IMG/VR virus record: IMGVR_UViG_3300030497_000009
DNA: 64,000 nucleotides
DNA from: a virus
Strand: one strand, 5' to 3'
Positions 16,716-25,771 of this stretch are shown here, piece after piece. Position numbers and translations under genes: made by a program. The notes beneath the pieces were generated by a model, which was given only the letters and a program-made list of their open reading frames with translations, was not told the origin of the DNA and did no database searches. The stretch's first letter is position 1. Each line of letters opens with the position of its first letter.

Positions 16716-17027
16716 TTGAACGAAACTAACAAAGCGTTATTAGCAAAAGAAAATAAGAAGAAATTACGCGTGGCTCACCTGCCCCAAGTACCTTGTAAGC
16801 CTTTCCACGTGGAAGTAGAAACGATTGAGGAAGCTAAGAAAATATTTGATGTGCTAGCGAACTACGACCTGTTCCAGTTCCATAATCGTATTAAGCCTGA
16901 TTACTGTAACGCTACCTTTCTCCAAACGTACAACGAAGAAGAGGGTGAATGGTTGGACTGGGATGATGACGAGTATGGCATGAGTGAGCCGGATGAATAC
17001 TTAGCGTTCTTAGAGGAGGACGAGTAA
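16716..17027 (+). CDS. P22 gp17-like (anti-exclusion / superinfection exclusion family) protein
   Basis: LRVAHLPQVPCKPFHVEV...LANYDLFQFHNRIKPDYCNA matches the recalled gp17 pattern LRVWHIPQVPMKPF...LADYDAFQYDNNIKPDYCNA. Confidence 0.7.
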   Translation: MNETNKALLAKENKKKLRVAHLPQVPCKPFHVEVETIEEAKKIFDVLANYDLFQFHNRIKPDYCNATFLQTYNEEEGEWLDWDDDEYGMSEPDEYLAFLEEDE

Positions 17028-17380
17028 TGAGTCATAGTTCAGGTACTGTAACGTTTGAAGATGGTGCTGTATGGTGGTGCGAATACAACGGAACTAGTGA
17101 TATTATGATACCAACTATCTACCCTACGCACGATGAAATGTCTGCTAACTGGAGAAACCACGAGTGGAACCAGTGCTCATGCGAGTCTGGAATGGAGCCG
17201 GTGAAGATTCATGCTGATTATGGTAGTGGAATGAACTGGACTGGTGAAGCATGCCGGAAGTGTAAAGCGATTAACCACGAGCACCTAGATAGCTTCTGGT
17301 TAGAAAATAAGGAATACGAAGAACGTAAACAAGCTGAGCTAGAAGCTTTCTACAAATTTCTTAGTGGGGAGGATAAATAA
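17027..17380 (+). CDS. Hypothetical Cys/His-containing phage protein
   Basis: MSHS.G.V.FEDG...CEYNGT.D; CSC and CRKC. Confidence 0.7.
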   Translation: MSHSSGTVTFEDGAVWWCEYNGTSDIMIPTIYPTHDEMSANWRNHEWNQCSCESGMEPVKIHADYGSGMNWTGEACRKCKAINHEHLDSFWLENKEYEERKQAELEAFYKFLSGEDK

Positions 17381-17520
17381 TGACTGAGTGGAAGCTCTCA
17401 GAGAAGGATATTATCAAGATTCTGAATACTCCAGCTAGTGGAATGCAACCTACGGAACAACGTTTAAAAGAGCTTGAGAAAGCTCGTAAAATACTAGATA
17501 ACTGGAAGGAGAATAAATAA
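17380..17520 (+). CDS. 46-aa hypothetical protein
   Basis: TAATG coupling, GGAGG RBS. Confidence 0.6.
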   Translation: MTEWKLSEKDIIKILNTPASGMQPTEQRLKELEKARKILDNWKENK

Positions 17521-17705
17521 TGGTTTATCTAAAGTATATCTTGATTGGTTGTATTACGGCTTTCTTTTTTGGGTTACTGGGTGCGCTGTTCAACCCTGTT
17601 ACGGAGGTTAGCGAGTCCGTTGTGCTATTCTTCTCGTTGACTCTTGCTCTAATGATAACTGATTTAATTCTATATGGTATTAAGAAAGGTGGTAAAAAGA
17701 AATGA
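17520..17705 (+). CDS. Two-helix membrane protein
   Basis: Two hydrophobic segments. Confidence 0.7.
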   Translation: MVYLKYILIGCITAFFFGLLGALFNPVTEVSESVVLFFSLTLALMITDLILYGIKKGGKKK

Positions 17706-17878
17706 AACTAAAAGCTACTATCGAAGAAGTATATGATGAAAAGAGTGAGCAGGAGGTTAACCTGAACATCACCGAGTCTGCTGATTATAGAGACGCTGTT
17801 AATCTGTGGTTCAACGGTCAATCTATCCACGTAAACAAAGGTGAACTGCTGAAAGCGTTGAAGGTGTTTATGACATAA
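17702..17878 (+). CDS. 58-aa hypothetical protein
   Basis: ATGA coupling. Confidence 0.6.
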   Translation: MKLKATIEEVYDEKSEQEVNLNITESADYRDAVNLWFNGQSIHVNKGELLKALKVFMT

Positions 17879-17893
17879 AAGGGGGAAAATAGA

Positions 17894-18088
17894 ATGGCTC
17901 AAAATGAAATCTTGTTTAGTATCGTAGAAAACTCACGGGATGGAGTAACATTCTCCGTTCCTGGCAACCAAGTTAAACGTATTCGCCAAAACAAGGAAGA
18001 GGTTCTTCGAACGCTAAGAGTACTTCAGGATAGACTGACTAGTGAGCATTACCCGTTCACTGACCATTCTAAAGAGAAGAAGTCATGA
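17894..18088 (+). CDS. Hypothetical protein
   Basis: GGGGG RBS. Confidence 0.65.
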   Translation: MAQNEILFSIVENSRDGVTFSVPGNQVKRIRQNKEEVLRTLRVLQDRLTSEHYPFTDHSKEKKS

Positions 18089-18198
18089 ACAGCTTAAGGA
18101 GCACTTTTGAGTATATTTGCCTTATATTAGGTAGCGTTATGATTGGCTGGGGCATAGTTGCCCTAGCTTCTTATTTGCTAAAACTGGGAGGTTGGTAA
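18085..18198 (+). CDS. 37-aa membrane peptide
   Basis: Hydrophobic helix; ends GGW-stop. Confidence 0.55.
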   Translation: MNSLRSTFEYICLILGSVMIGWGIVALASYLLKLGGW

Positions 18199-18199
18199 T

Positions 18200-18373
18200 A
18201 TGGAAAGTTCAAGAGTTAAACTTTTTAGAAAGCTTATTTCGCAAACAGAAGAGCTACAGAAATCAGTTAATTACTTCTTAGAAACAGTAACACCCATAAC
18301 CGTTGAAACGTCAACGAATAAAGACTATGTTGTCATTACAGTTTGGTATAAAGCTGAAGTTGGAGGTTGGTAA
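18200..18373 (+). CDS. 57-aa hypothetical protein
   Basis: GGAGG RBS; ends GGW-stop. Confidence 0.6.
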   Translation: MESSRVKLFRKLISQTEELQKSVNYFLETVTPITVETSTNKDYVVITVWYKAEVGGW

Positions 18374-18374
18374 T

Positions 18375-18629
18375 ATGTTCAATTATTACGAGAAGCATAA
18401 GAAAGGCGTTATGACTACATCGTATCGTTTTGGAGCTGTAACCAAGGGTGGAATGGTAGATAAAAGCGAGGACATCATGGAGTTCCCTGCCGGCATGCCC
18501 ATTACGATCCTAGGTGAGCTGGACGTACCTTCAGCTGCTAACGGTAAAATGTATATTGTGGCATCAGAGCCAGACCGTGACGTTTGTTCGATTCATGCAT
18601 CCCATATTGAGATATTCGAGGAGGACTGA
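18375..18629 (+). CDS. Hypothetical protein
   Basis: Start reassigned to ATG 18375 behind GGAGG. Confidence 0.65.
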   Translation: MFNYYEKHKKGVMTTSYRFGAVTKGGMVDKSEDIMEFPAGMPITILGELDVPSAANGKMYIVASEPDRDVCSIHASHIEIFEED

Positions 18630-18632
18630 CCC

Positions 18633-18791
18633 ATGCTAAAAAGTATTTGGAAACAATCTTGGAAAGAGTTCAAAGCTGACGTAAAGGAAGAAGTAGCTCT
18701 TGACATAAAAGCTTTTCTGTTTGCTTTCCCAGTGTTAGTGGTAGGCTTCGCAACTGCTGTCATCTTTTGGTTAATCGAAAGGGGTTTATAA
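18633..18791 (+). CDS. 52-aa membrane peptide
   Basis: GAGGAGG RBS; C-terminal hydrophobic helix. Confidence 0.6.
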   Translation: MLKSIWKQSWKEFKADVKEEVALDIKAFLFAFPVLVVGFATAVIFWLIERGL

Positions 18792-18792
18792 T

Positions 18793-19089
18793 ATGCGTGA
18801 CGCGTGTGCGGAATACAGAGCAGAACAGATTATCTATCATGTTCAAACAAAGCTAGGGGTTGAGTTACCAGAAGACCTCAAGCATGATATTCGTAGCAAC
18901 GTAGACGCAGTTGAACTCCAACGTAAGAAAGAGAACGATAGACACATCCAAGAGAATTACGCGCGTAGGTGGAATGAGCTCCGGCTCATGATTGAACAAC
19001 AGCAACCCTCGTATGCTAGTCAGCTACTATGGATAATGGGCTTGCTTAGTGGTGGCACTTATGTTCGAAACATTAAATTAAAAGGTTGA
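18793..19089 (+). CDS. Hypothetical protein
   Basis: ORF with AGGGG RBS. Confidence 0.65.
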   Translation: MRDACAEYRAEQIIYHVQTKLGVELPEDLKHDIRSNVDAVELQRKKENDRHIQENYARRWNELRLMIEQQQPSYASQLLWIMGLLSGGTYVRNIKLKG

Positions 19090-19095
19090 CATCGG

Positions 19096-19129
19096 GGAGC
19101 AGGTAACTGCTTCCTTTCCTTTTATTAAG
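19096..19129 (+). promoter_or_regulatory. Phage-sigma (middle-like) promoter overlapping an inverted repeat
   Basis: GGAGCA-N18-TTTTATTAAG; GGAGCAG-GTAA-CTGCTTCC hairpin. Confidence 0.7.
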
Positions 19130-19145
19130 TATAAGATTTGAAAGG

Positions 19146-19415
19146 GTGAAAGCGATGTGGAAACTGTCTGTTGACGGTGTGGAAATTGGTACAGCGAAGA
19201 GTGTAAAAGCTACTCGATTTAACGAGCAGGGTAGAATGCCCATGCCTTCTCGATTTGGTAAAACGTCATTATCTGCTGAATTAACGATGTTAAACGCTAG
19301 AATGGCGTTCACAATGACACCTGTAATGGAACATAACTTTAAGTCGGTGATGCTACCGATACAAACTATGAACTACGCATCTAAGAAACGTAGTGAACTG
19401 CCTTGGCGTAAATAG
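19146..19415 (+). CDS. Hypothetical protein
   Basis: ORF after promoter. Confidence 0.55.
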   Translation: MKAMWKLSVDGVEIGTAKSVKATRFNEQGRMPMPSRFGKTSLSAELTMLNARMAFTMTPVMEHNFKSVMLPIQTMNYASKKRSELPWRK

Positions 19416-19433
19416 ACTAAGGAGGAGCTTTCC

Positions 19434-21086
19434 ATGGAAGAAGAGTTAAAGCCGATAACCGATTTTGATGGAAAAGTTTACACCATAGAAGAAGCACTAC
19501 AGAGACATAATGGATTCCTGTGGACTGTCGCTAAAAAATACCAAGCTTCTGGTAAAGAGTATGGGCTTGGAACGGACGACCTAAACAGCATCGCTAAAAT
19601 GGGTTTGGTAAAAGCCTTTAAGAAGTTCGATTCAGGTGCTGGTGTTAAGTTCATAACTTACATGAGTCGGTGTGCTGAGAATGAAGTCCTGATGGCTTTA
19701 CGTAATGGGGCTACAGCTACTGGTAAGTGGGGGCTAGCTCGTCATAGAGCAAAGGTGTTCTACGAGAAGTTTCCTGAACAACAACCAACGATTGAGAAAA
19801 TAATCGAAGCTACAGGCTGTGACTACAATGGTGCTGTTAAGGTTATTGACTACATGGTACGTAGGCACGGACAGTCACTAGATGCTGAGATGTCTGTCCA
19901 CAACGGTGAAGATAACATAACCTTTGGTGACATGGTTGGAAAGAACGCTGACTACACGAGAATCCATATAAGTGAATACTTTGAAGTCCTAGACACCCGT
20001 GAAAGGCAAATAGTCGATTTAATGATGGAAGATGTTCAGCAACATGAGATTGGTAAACGTCTTGGCGTCAGTCAGTCGTACGTTAGCCGGTTGATTGGTA
20101 GAATAAAATTTAAAATGGAGAAAGTCCAGAGAGGGGAAAGAGTAATGAAAAGACAGAACAACGATACTCAATATAAAAAAGCTATCATTGAGGAAGCTAG
20201 AAATCTATTGCGTTCAGGGTTAACTATTTCTCAGGTTGTGAAGGCTACTGGAATGCCCCAAGCTTCCGTTTATTACTATAATGGTCAGGTAGAACTAGAA
20301 AAGAAAAAGGCGAACGCTACAGCGAAACCTCAGGCTCCTAAGAAGGATCTACCGAAACCGAAAGCTGTAACGCCTGACGAGGTAGCGCAAGCGAAGCCAG
20401 TGAAAGAAACTGAAACCCTTCGTGAGAAGCATGTGATTCACGCTGGTAAGCTTAAAGATAATCCGATTGCTAACCTGCCTGCCATTATTGAGGATCTACG
20501 AAAACAGCTTACTACTGCCCAGAATGAAGCGAAGTCTCACAAAGCTGAATTAGATAACGCACAGAAAATCGTGTTGTCTTATAAAGAGAAGGAAGAAAGT
20601 CGCAAGAAGCTTATCGAGAAACAAGGAGACCACATCGTTGAACTTAAGACCAACGTTAATACTCTAATCGCACAGGAGTTAGACTCCATGAAGAAATTAA
20701 ATGAGCTAGAAGAACGTCATAAAAAGGCTTTAAAACGTGAAGATGCCAAAGTCAAAGAAGCTGCTGACTTACAAGTACGTTGGGAGAAAGCTCAAGCACT
20801 TATCGAGAAACAGTTTGCTGAACTTGAAACAGCTAACGAAGCTGTGTTGGTTGCTGACCAACGAGTTGAAGAAGCTCACGCCAAGATTGCTAAGCTGGAA
20901 GCGAAGCTTGAGGATTATAACAAACCTTGTGATCTGGTTGAAGAGAAAGAACCTGACTTACGTGTTAAGTACTTTAAAACTGACTGGGAGAGAACAGCTC
21001 GTGAGAACGGGAGAATAATTACTGAACTCCATCACAAAGTGGAAGAACTAAAAGCGATTGCTAAAAAGGCGGTTAACTTACTATGA
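19434..21086 (+). CDS. Sigma-70-family sigma factor fused to an extra HTH and a long coiled coil
   Basis: Region 2 (DDLNSIAKMGLVKAFKKFD...KFITYMSRCAENEV), region 4 (RERQIV...QQHEIGKRLGVSQSYVSRL), second HTH (LTISQVVKATGMPQASVYYY), then about 250 aa of heptads. Confidence 0.85.
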   Translation: MEEELKPITDFDGKVYTIEEALQRHNGFLWTVAKKYQASGKEYGLGTDDLNSIAKMGLVKAFKKFDSGAGVKFITYMSRCAENEVLMALRNGATATGKWGLARHRAKVFYEKFPEQQPTIEKIIEATGCDYNGAVKVIDYMVRRHGQSLDAEMSVHNGEDNITFGDMVGKNADYTRIHISEYFEVLDTRERQIVDLMMEDVQQHEIGKRLGVSQSYVSRLIGRIKFKMEKVQRGERVMKRQNNDTQYKKAIIEEARNLLRSGLTISQVVKATGMPQASVYYYNGQVELEKKKANATAKPQAPKKDLPKPKAVTPDEVAQAKPVKETETLREKHVIHAGKLKDNPIANLPAIIEDLRKQLTTAQNEAKSHKAELDNAQKIVLSYKEKEESRKKLIEKQGDHIVELKTNVNTLIAQELDSMKKLNELEERHKKALKREDAKVKEAADLQVRWEKAQALIEKQFAELETANEAVLVADQRVEEAHAKIAKLEAKLEDYNKPCDLVEEKEPDLRVKYFKTDWERTARENGRIITELHHKVEELKAIAKKAVNLL

Positions 21087-21376
21087 GTTTACAGGGTACA
21101 CAGGTTGGAGTATTGAAGGATGAGGAGGGTAACGGCATACAGGTCACCTTAACGACGTATGGTGACCCCTCCTACCAAAGAATAATAAATCACGTTATAC
21201 AGCCTGAGATTGCCTTTGCTGGCTTCTCAGAGGTATACGATAAGAACCAAGGGAATAACGTTGCTGGAATCATCTTATACGATGCTAGAGGTTGGCCAAC
21301 AGGTGAAACGTATAAACGAAGTGATTTTACTTGGTCTGAAAACTTAACGTATGGTCAGGGAATAGAATTTCTGTAA
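21083..21376 (+). CDS. Hypothetical protein
   Basis: Coupled ORF. Confidence 0.6.
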   Translation: MSLQGTQVGVLKDEEGNGIQVTLTTYGDPSYQRIINHVIQPEIAFAGFSEVYDKNQGNNVAGIILYDARGWPTGETYKRSDFTWSENLTYGQGIEFL

Positions 21377-21419
21377 CTAGCTTATATTACGGTTAAAGAC
21401 AACGAATGGAGTGTTGGGC

Positions 21420-21599
21420 ATGGAAGATAAGTACCGTGAAATTGAAGTTGTAATCGATACAGAAGAAATCGCTGAGTATTTCTACGTAAGATTAGTTGAA
21501 CACGGGTTGGCTGTTAAAGAAGATGACTTGGCTATCCTTGCTGACATTACGTTTGATTACTTTATAGATAAAGGTGTCGTTGAAGAAGCCGACGAATGA
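21420..21599 (+). CDS. yozD: YozD-like small acidic protein
   Basis: EIEVVIDTEEIAEYFY..L..HG....EDDL...ADITFDY matches the Bacillus YozD pattern. Confidence 0.7.
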   Translation: MEDKYREIEVVIDTEEIAEYFYVRLVEHGLAVKEDDLAILADITFDYFIDKGVVEEADE

Positions 21600-21693
21600 A
21601 CTATTTAAATGAGACCGCAAAGCGTTCATACTAGATATACAAAGACATACTGTGATAAACGGTATGTCTTTTATTTTGAAAGGAGAGGATAAC

Positions 21694-22293
21694 ATGGCAG
21701 ACACATATGCTAACTGGGCTGAATTATCAGCAAATGAAACTGAAGGTGTTGACTATCTACTCGACTATAAGGATGAAAACACGGACTTCATCGTTCTTGC
21801 TATTCATGGTGGTGGTATCGAGGGTGGAACTTCTGAGGTACTTCGAGAGGTAGCAAAAGGACATTCATACTTCTTATTCGAAGCGATTAAAAGCAGTGGT
21901 AACCAAGACTTACACTTAACATCTACGCACTTCGATGAGCCACACGCGTTACAACTTACTGGTGACTCAGTGTTTTCTTTGTCTCTTCACGGATATTCTG
22001 GTGATGAGCTAAACACTAAGATTGGTGGAGGCAACAGAGAGCTAGTTCAAAAAGCTTATGACGAACTAACAGCTGCTGGTTTTAACGCTGAGATTCTACC
22101 ACTAGACGGTGGGCTGGCAGGTACTGACCCAGATAATATCTGTAACCGAACGTCTGAGCAAGGTGTTCAGTTGGAAATGAGTACTGGACAACGTAAAGCG
22201 CTGTTTGGAACATTTACGATGGCTGATCGTAAAAACACTCAGAATGCAACGTTCTACAAGTACGCGCAAGCCTTAACAAAGATTATGGGATAA
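21694..22293 (+). CDS. pghP: Poly-gamma-glutamate hydrolase (PghP family)
   Basis: DTYANWAEL, AIHGGGIEGGTSE, LHLTSTHFDEP, SLHG, NICNR, GVQLEMS motifs. Confidence 0.9.
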   Translation: MADTYANWAELSANETEGVDYLLDYKDENTDFIVLAIHGGGIEGGTSEVLREVAKGHSYFLFEAIKSSGNQDLHLTSTHFDEPHALQLTGDSVFSLSLHGYSGDELNTKIGGGNRELVQKAYDELTAAGFNAEILPLDGGLAGTDPDNICNRTSEQGVQLEMSTGQRKALFGTFTMADRKNTQNATFYKYAQALTKIMG

Positions 22294-22296
22294 ACA

Positions 22297-22328
22297 AAAG
22301 CACCCTTCCTAATGGTTGGGTGCTTTCT
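22297..22328. terminator. Bidirectional terminator between convergent blocks
   Basis: AAAGCACCC...GGGTGCTTT; the same CACCC/GGGTG stem recurs near 22947, 23636, 24401, 28905 and 37755. Confidence 0.8.
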
Positions 22329-22333
22329 TGTGT

Positions 22334-22864
22334 TTAGTTGAATTCTTTTTCTACGAGAACCAACGTGTATTTTTCAGGGTTGCTGTCATAGTCCTCTCTT
22401 GATATCCAGCAGGTTTCTCCACCGATAGAAACAGGAACCCTGCCTTCCTTGTCAACAGTACCTTTGATTTCAATTAGTTCTTCTTCTTTGAACTCTTCAT
22501 CAGGGTGGTATACTTCTTTCCAGTGATTACTGTTAAATGTGGCGTCGTCATCTTCCAGAATAAACTCAAAGTCGTTATTCGGCTTAGGATCAGGCTTTTC
22601 AGAAAGGGTAACGTATAAGTCCATTAGCTCCATCATTAGTTCCTCATCACCCGTTATTCGCTTCTGAACAGCTTCAATAAACCCTTTCGTAACGTGGTTA
22701 CGAGCTTTAAGCTTCTTAATGTCCAATTCAGCGACCTGCTCAGCCACCTCACGGTTGCCTTCTAGGTTACTTCCGGTTAAGTTAACCTCCGCCTTTTTAA
22801 TCGCTATCTCCTTAATGAGCTCCTCGATAAAACCATACGCTTTTCCTCTTAGATAGTTAGACAT
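22334..22864 (-). CDS. Hypothetical protein
   Basis: AAGGGGAG RBS on the minus strand. Confidence 0.75.
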   Translation of the reverse strand: MSNYLRGKAYGFIEELIKEIAIKKAEVNLTGSNLEGNREVAEQVAELDIKKLKARNHVTKGFIEAVQKRITGDEELMMELMDLYVTLSEKPDPKPNNDFEFILEDDDATFNSNHWKEVYHPDEEFKEEELIEIKGTVDKEGRVPVSIGGETCWISREDYDSNPEKYTLVLVEKEFN

Positions 22865-22891
22865 TTAACTCTCCCCTTTTCGATTAGATGC

Positions 22892-23194
22892 TTACAACAT
22901 ACTATATTCAGTGGTTAGGAAAAGATTCCCAAAATAACAAATAAAAACACCCTTTTTCAAGGGTGACCAGTTAATCATCTTAAGTACCTTATTAGCCTTT
23001 TCTTGGAACTTATCTGCTATAAACTCGTTCTTGCTAGAAATCGTGACCTCTATTTCACTAGCACTTTCAGGGAACATCGTAATGTCATCGTTCACGTAAC
23101 TTCTGAATTTAGCCATTCCAACTACTGGGTTGGAAGTCCAAGTTCGGACTTCCCCAGTATGGTTATTAGTGAGGCAAAACGTTAGCTCTGTCAT
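22892..23194 (-). CDS. Hypothetical protein
   Basis: Coupled to the upstream ORF; its 3' end runs through a hairpin, so the true stop may differ. Confidence 0.55.
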   Translation of the reverse strand: MTELTFCLTNNHTGEVRTWTSNPVVGMAKFRSYVNDDITMFPESASEIEVTISSKNEFIADKFQEKANKVLKMINWSPLKKGVFICYFGNLFLTTEYSML

Positions 23195-23535
23195 CGGTCT
23201 TCACCATTTCGAAGTACAAAGTCACCAAGGTCTTCAACGTAGTCTCCCCACCCCATATGGGGTAGCTTCTCTGGTAAATCAAGATTCATTTCGTCAACAA
23301 TAATTTCTTTTAGCCCTTCGAAGTCCAGCGTATCAATATATTCCTCATCGTAAACCTTAACGCTAGTGTAAGGCTCGTTATTTAGGAATTTGATAACTTC
23401 TTCGATAGGTAGTTTAAAGAAATTAAACTGACCTTCGTCACCTCTAGCTTCCAGAGTATAGTGGGCGTGGTTTCTAAGAACCGTCTCCCCAACTACTAAC
23501 ACCGCACCTTCAAGATTAATTCTGTAAACTGCCAT
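23191..23535 (-). CDS. Hypothetical early protein
   Basis: Follows early promoter copy D. Confidence 0.75.
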   Translation of the reverse strand: MAVYRINLEGAVLVVGETVLRNHAHYTLEARGDEGQFNFFKLPIEEVIKFLNNEPYTSVKVYDEEYIDTLDFEGLKEIIVDEMNLDLPEKLPHMGWGDYVEDLGDFVLRNGEDR

Positions 23536-23544
23536 TTAAAATCT

Positions 23545-23630
23545 CCCCTTTTCTGACTCGATTTATCTTACAAACCAATCATATAACTATTATACTCACA
23601 TTTCAACAGTTTATTCCTCAAATTTACAAA
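23545..23630 (-). promoter_or_regulatory. SigmaA-type early promoter with conserved leader (copy D)
   Basis: Minus strand TTGAAA(23606-23601)-N17-TATGAT(23583-23578); leader GTAAGATAAATCGAGTCAGAAAAGGGGAG. Confidence 0.8.
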
Positions 23631-23661
23631 ATAAAAACACCCTCCGGAGAGGGTGCCTTTC

Positions 23662-24030
23662 TTAGTCGGCTTTTGGCTTTAACGTAAAGGGCTTTTCGAG
23701 ATACGCACCGCCACAGTTTCCTTTTAGATACGTTAGGATAACAGCTTCAGTATTGTGTTTAACAGGTTTTGTGTTTTCGTAGATAACAAATCTTGCGTCG
23801 ATATCGTCACAAATTTCTTGAGGTGTCATACCCTCCACAGCTTCGTCGTTTACTAACTTCTCCAAGCGCTTCATAATCGTAACAATCTGGCTAGCGATGT
23901 CAACGTTTTGGTCACAAACGATAACTTTATTACTCACGATGTCAACAACGATTAGATAGTATTTATCTTTGTCAAGCCCAAACTCGTTAATATAGTATTC
24001 CTCTGACTTAGAATAAGTTTTGTTTGCCAT
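23662..24030 (-). CDS. Hypothetical protein
   Basis: GGAGG RBS. Confidence 0.7.
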   Translation of the reverse strand: MANKTYSKSEEYYINEFGLDKDKYYLIVVDIVSNKVIVCDQNVDIASQIVTIMKRLEKLVNDEAVEGMTPQEICDDIDARFVIYENTKPVKHNTEAVILTYLKGNCGGAYLEKPFTLKPKAD

Positions 24031-24031
24031 A

Positions 24032-24298
24032 TTATCGTACCTCCATTACGTGGTCTAAGAATAGTGATTCGTTTAGCGCGTACTTAGCGTAAGTATCCTC
24101 ATCGTGCGGTTTCGTATACTTATAAACAATCCAGCGTTCTTCCTTAGCACTAGGATCGTCCTGCGCGATATACTCCGGATCAGCGTACTCTTCCACCACG
24201 TCTTCGTAGCTTGAGATTCTCACAATTTGAACCTCTCCACTAGAGATATCACAGAAACCGTCGCTTGGCTCGATATAAAATTTTTGCCCTCTTTCCAC
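24032..24298 (-). CDS. Hypothetical early protein
   Basis: Follows early promoter copy E. Confidence 0.75.
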   Translation of the reverse strand: MERGQKFYIEPSDGFCDISSGEVQIVRISSYEDVVEEYADPEYIAQDDPSAKEERWIVYKYTKPHDEDTYAKYALNESLFLDHVMEVR

Positions 24299-24304
24299 TT
24301 AAAC

Positions 24305-24392
24305 CCTCTCCTTTTATGACTCAGATTAACTTACAAACTAATCATATAACTATTATATCCACAATTCAACAGTTTATTCCTAAAATTGTCAA
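24305..24392 (-). promoter_or_regulatory. SigmaA-type early promoter with conserved leader (copy E)
   Basis: TTGACA, then 23 bp later TTGAAT-N17-TATGAT; 33 nt of leader identical to copy B. Confidence 0.8.
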
Positions 24393-24418
24393 AAAGAAAA
24401 GCACCCACTTTACGGGTG

Positions 24419-25771
24419 CTACATATCACGGGATTTCACGCCCACCGTGCCAAGGCGTTTTACCTTATTCCAGTTATGTTTGTCTTTACTTAAGAAGTAG
24501 TTGACCGAACCATAAGCGAAAATAATAGGATCCATCAGGCGGAACGTGAACGTTTCAAATAGTGAGAAGAAGAAAAGCTTCACATAACTCATCTTATAGA
24601 ACGAATACCCGTAACGACTAGCGATTTGGTACGCAATCAATCTTGAACCCACTTGGAATACGAAGCTGAGAGCCACCAACGTTAAGAAATACGCGTCGTA
24701 GGTCTTAAAGATAACGATTAGAGGGAACGCACACAGCGTAATAATCCCCGTAACACCTTGCATTAACGAGTCCCAAAGTAGAACCAAGACAAACTTAAAC
24801 GTAAATCCACCCGTAAAGAAAGCTTTCTTATACTTGACCATGCAATCGATGAAACCTTTTTGCCATCTAGTCTTTTGCTTGAAAGAGTCTCTAAAGTTTT
24901 CTGGAACTTCCGTATAACAAACGGCTTCTGGAATAAAGATAAGCTTTCCTTTTCTGAACTTCTGCTTAATGTACTGCTGTAGGTTAAGTGTGATTTCCAT
25001 ATCTTCTCCGAGCGTCTTTTTGTATCCACCAATATCGTAAAGCACGTTACGTCTGAAGGCACCAAAGGCACCTGATACGATTGCTAGAACGTTTATGGAA
25101 GCTTGGGTACTCTTACGTAAATAAAACGAATTGAGGTAATCTGAAAGCTGATAAAGCACAAGCCCCTTGCCTTTAAACTTTTTCTTGCCTGCTTCGTCGA
25201 ATATCTGACCCACGTGAACCATACCGCCAGCACCAATGACTTCTTCATCCTGAAAGCTTTGGTTAATATAGTGAAGCGCGTTTTCCTCTAGTACGCTATC
25301 CGCGTCCAACGTAATAACAACATCCCCACTAGCGTAGTCAATAGCGGCATTTAGGGAGTCGGCTTTACCACCGTTCACTTTATCAATGAGGATCATGTTA
25401 GGGTACTTACGAGATTTGTAGACTGTGATTGTTGGGGCATAAATTAGCTTTCCACTAGGATTCTCTGGGATAGGAACAGCATCTAGGAGCTTTTCAAGTA
25501 GAGGTAACGTTTGGTCACTAGAACCATCGTTTACAAACACAGCTTCGTAGTTATCATAATTTAGAGCCAACATACTTTCCAAACAGTTTTCCACAACGGC
25601 TTCTTCGTTATAAGCCGGTATCAGGATCGAGATTTTAGACTGCTTTAGCGTGGTGTCAAGAGGGGAAACCCCTCTCTTTTTGAACAACGGGTACGCGATA
25701 TAAAAGAGTTGGAACGCCAAAAACGATAGAAACAGAAACAAACCAATATACATATTAACAGACATATTCAT
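24419..25771 (-). CDS. Processive family-2 glycosyltransferase (IcaA/PgaC/NodC-like polysaccharide synthase)
   Basis: IPAYNEE, VNDGSSD, NGGKADSLN, LDADS, SGAFGAFRR, GEDME, QKTRW (QxxRW); one N-terminal and several C-terminal TM helices. Confidence 0.92.
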   Translation of the reverse strand: MNMSVNMYIGLFLFLSFLAFQLFYIAYPLFKKRGVSPLDTTLKQSKISILIPAYNEEAVVENCLESMLALNYDNYEAVFVNDGSSDQTLPLLEKLLDAVPIPENPSGKLIYAPTITVYKSRKYPNMILIDKVNGGKADSLNAAIDYASGDVVITLDADSVLEENALHYINQSFQDEEVIGAGGMVHVGQIFDEAGKKKFKGKGLVLYQLSDYLNSFYLRKSTQASINVLAIVSGAFGAFRRNVLYDIGGYKKTLGEDMEITLNLQQYIKQKFRKGKLIFIPEAVCYTEVPENFRDSFKQKTRWQKGFIDCMVKYKKAFFTGGFTFKFVLVLLWDSLMQGVTGIITLCAFPLIVIFKTYDAYFLTLVALSFVFQVGSRLIAYQIASRYGYSFYKMSYVKLFFFSLFETFTFRLMDPIIFAYGSVNYFLSKDKHNWNKVKRLGTVGVKSRDM

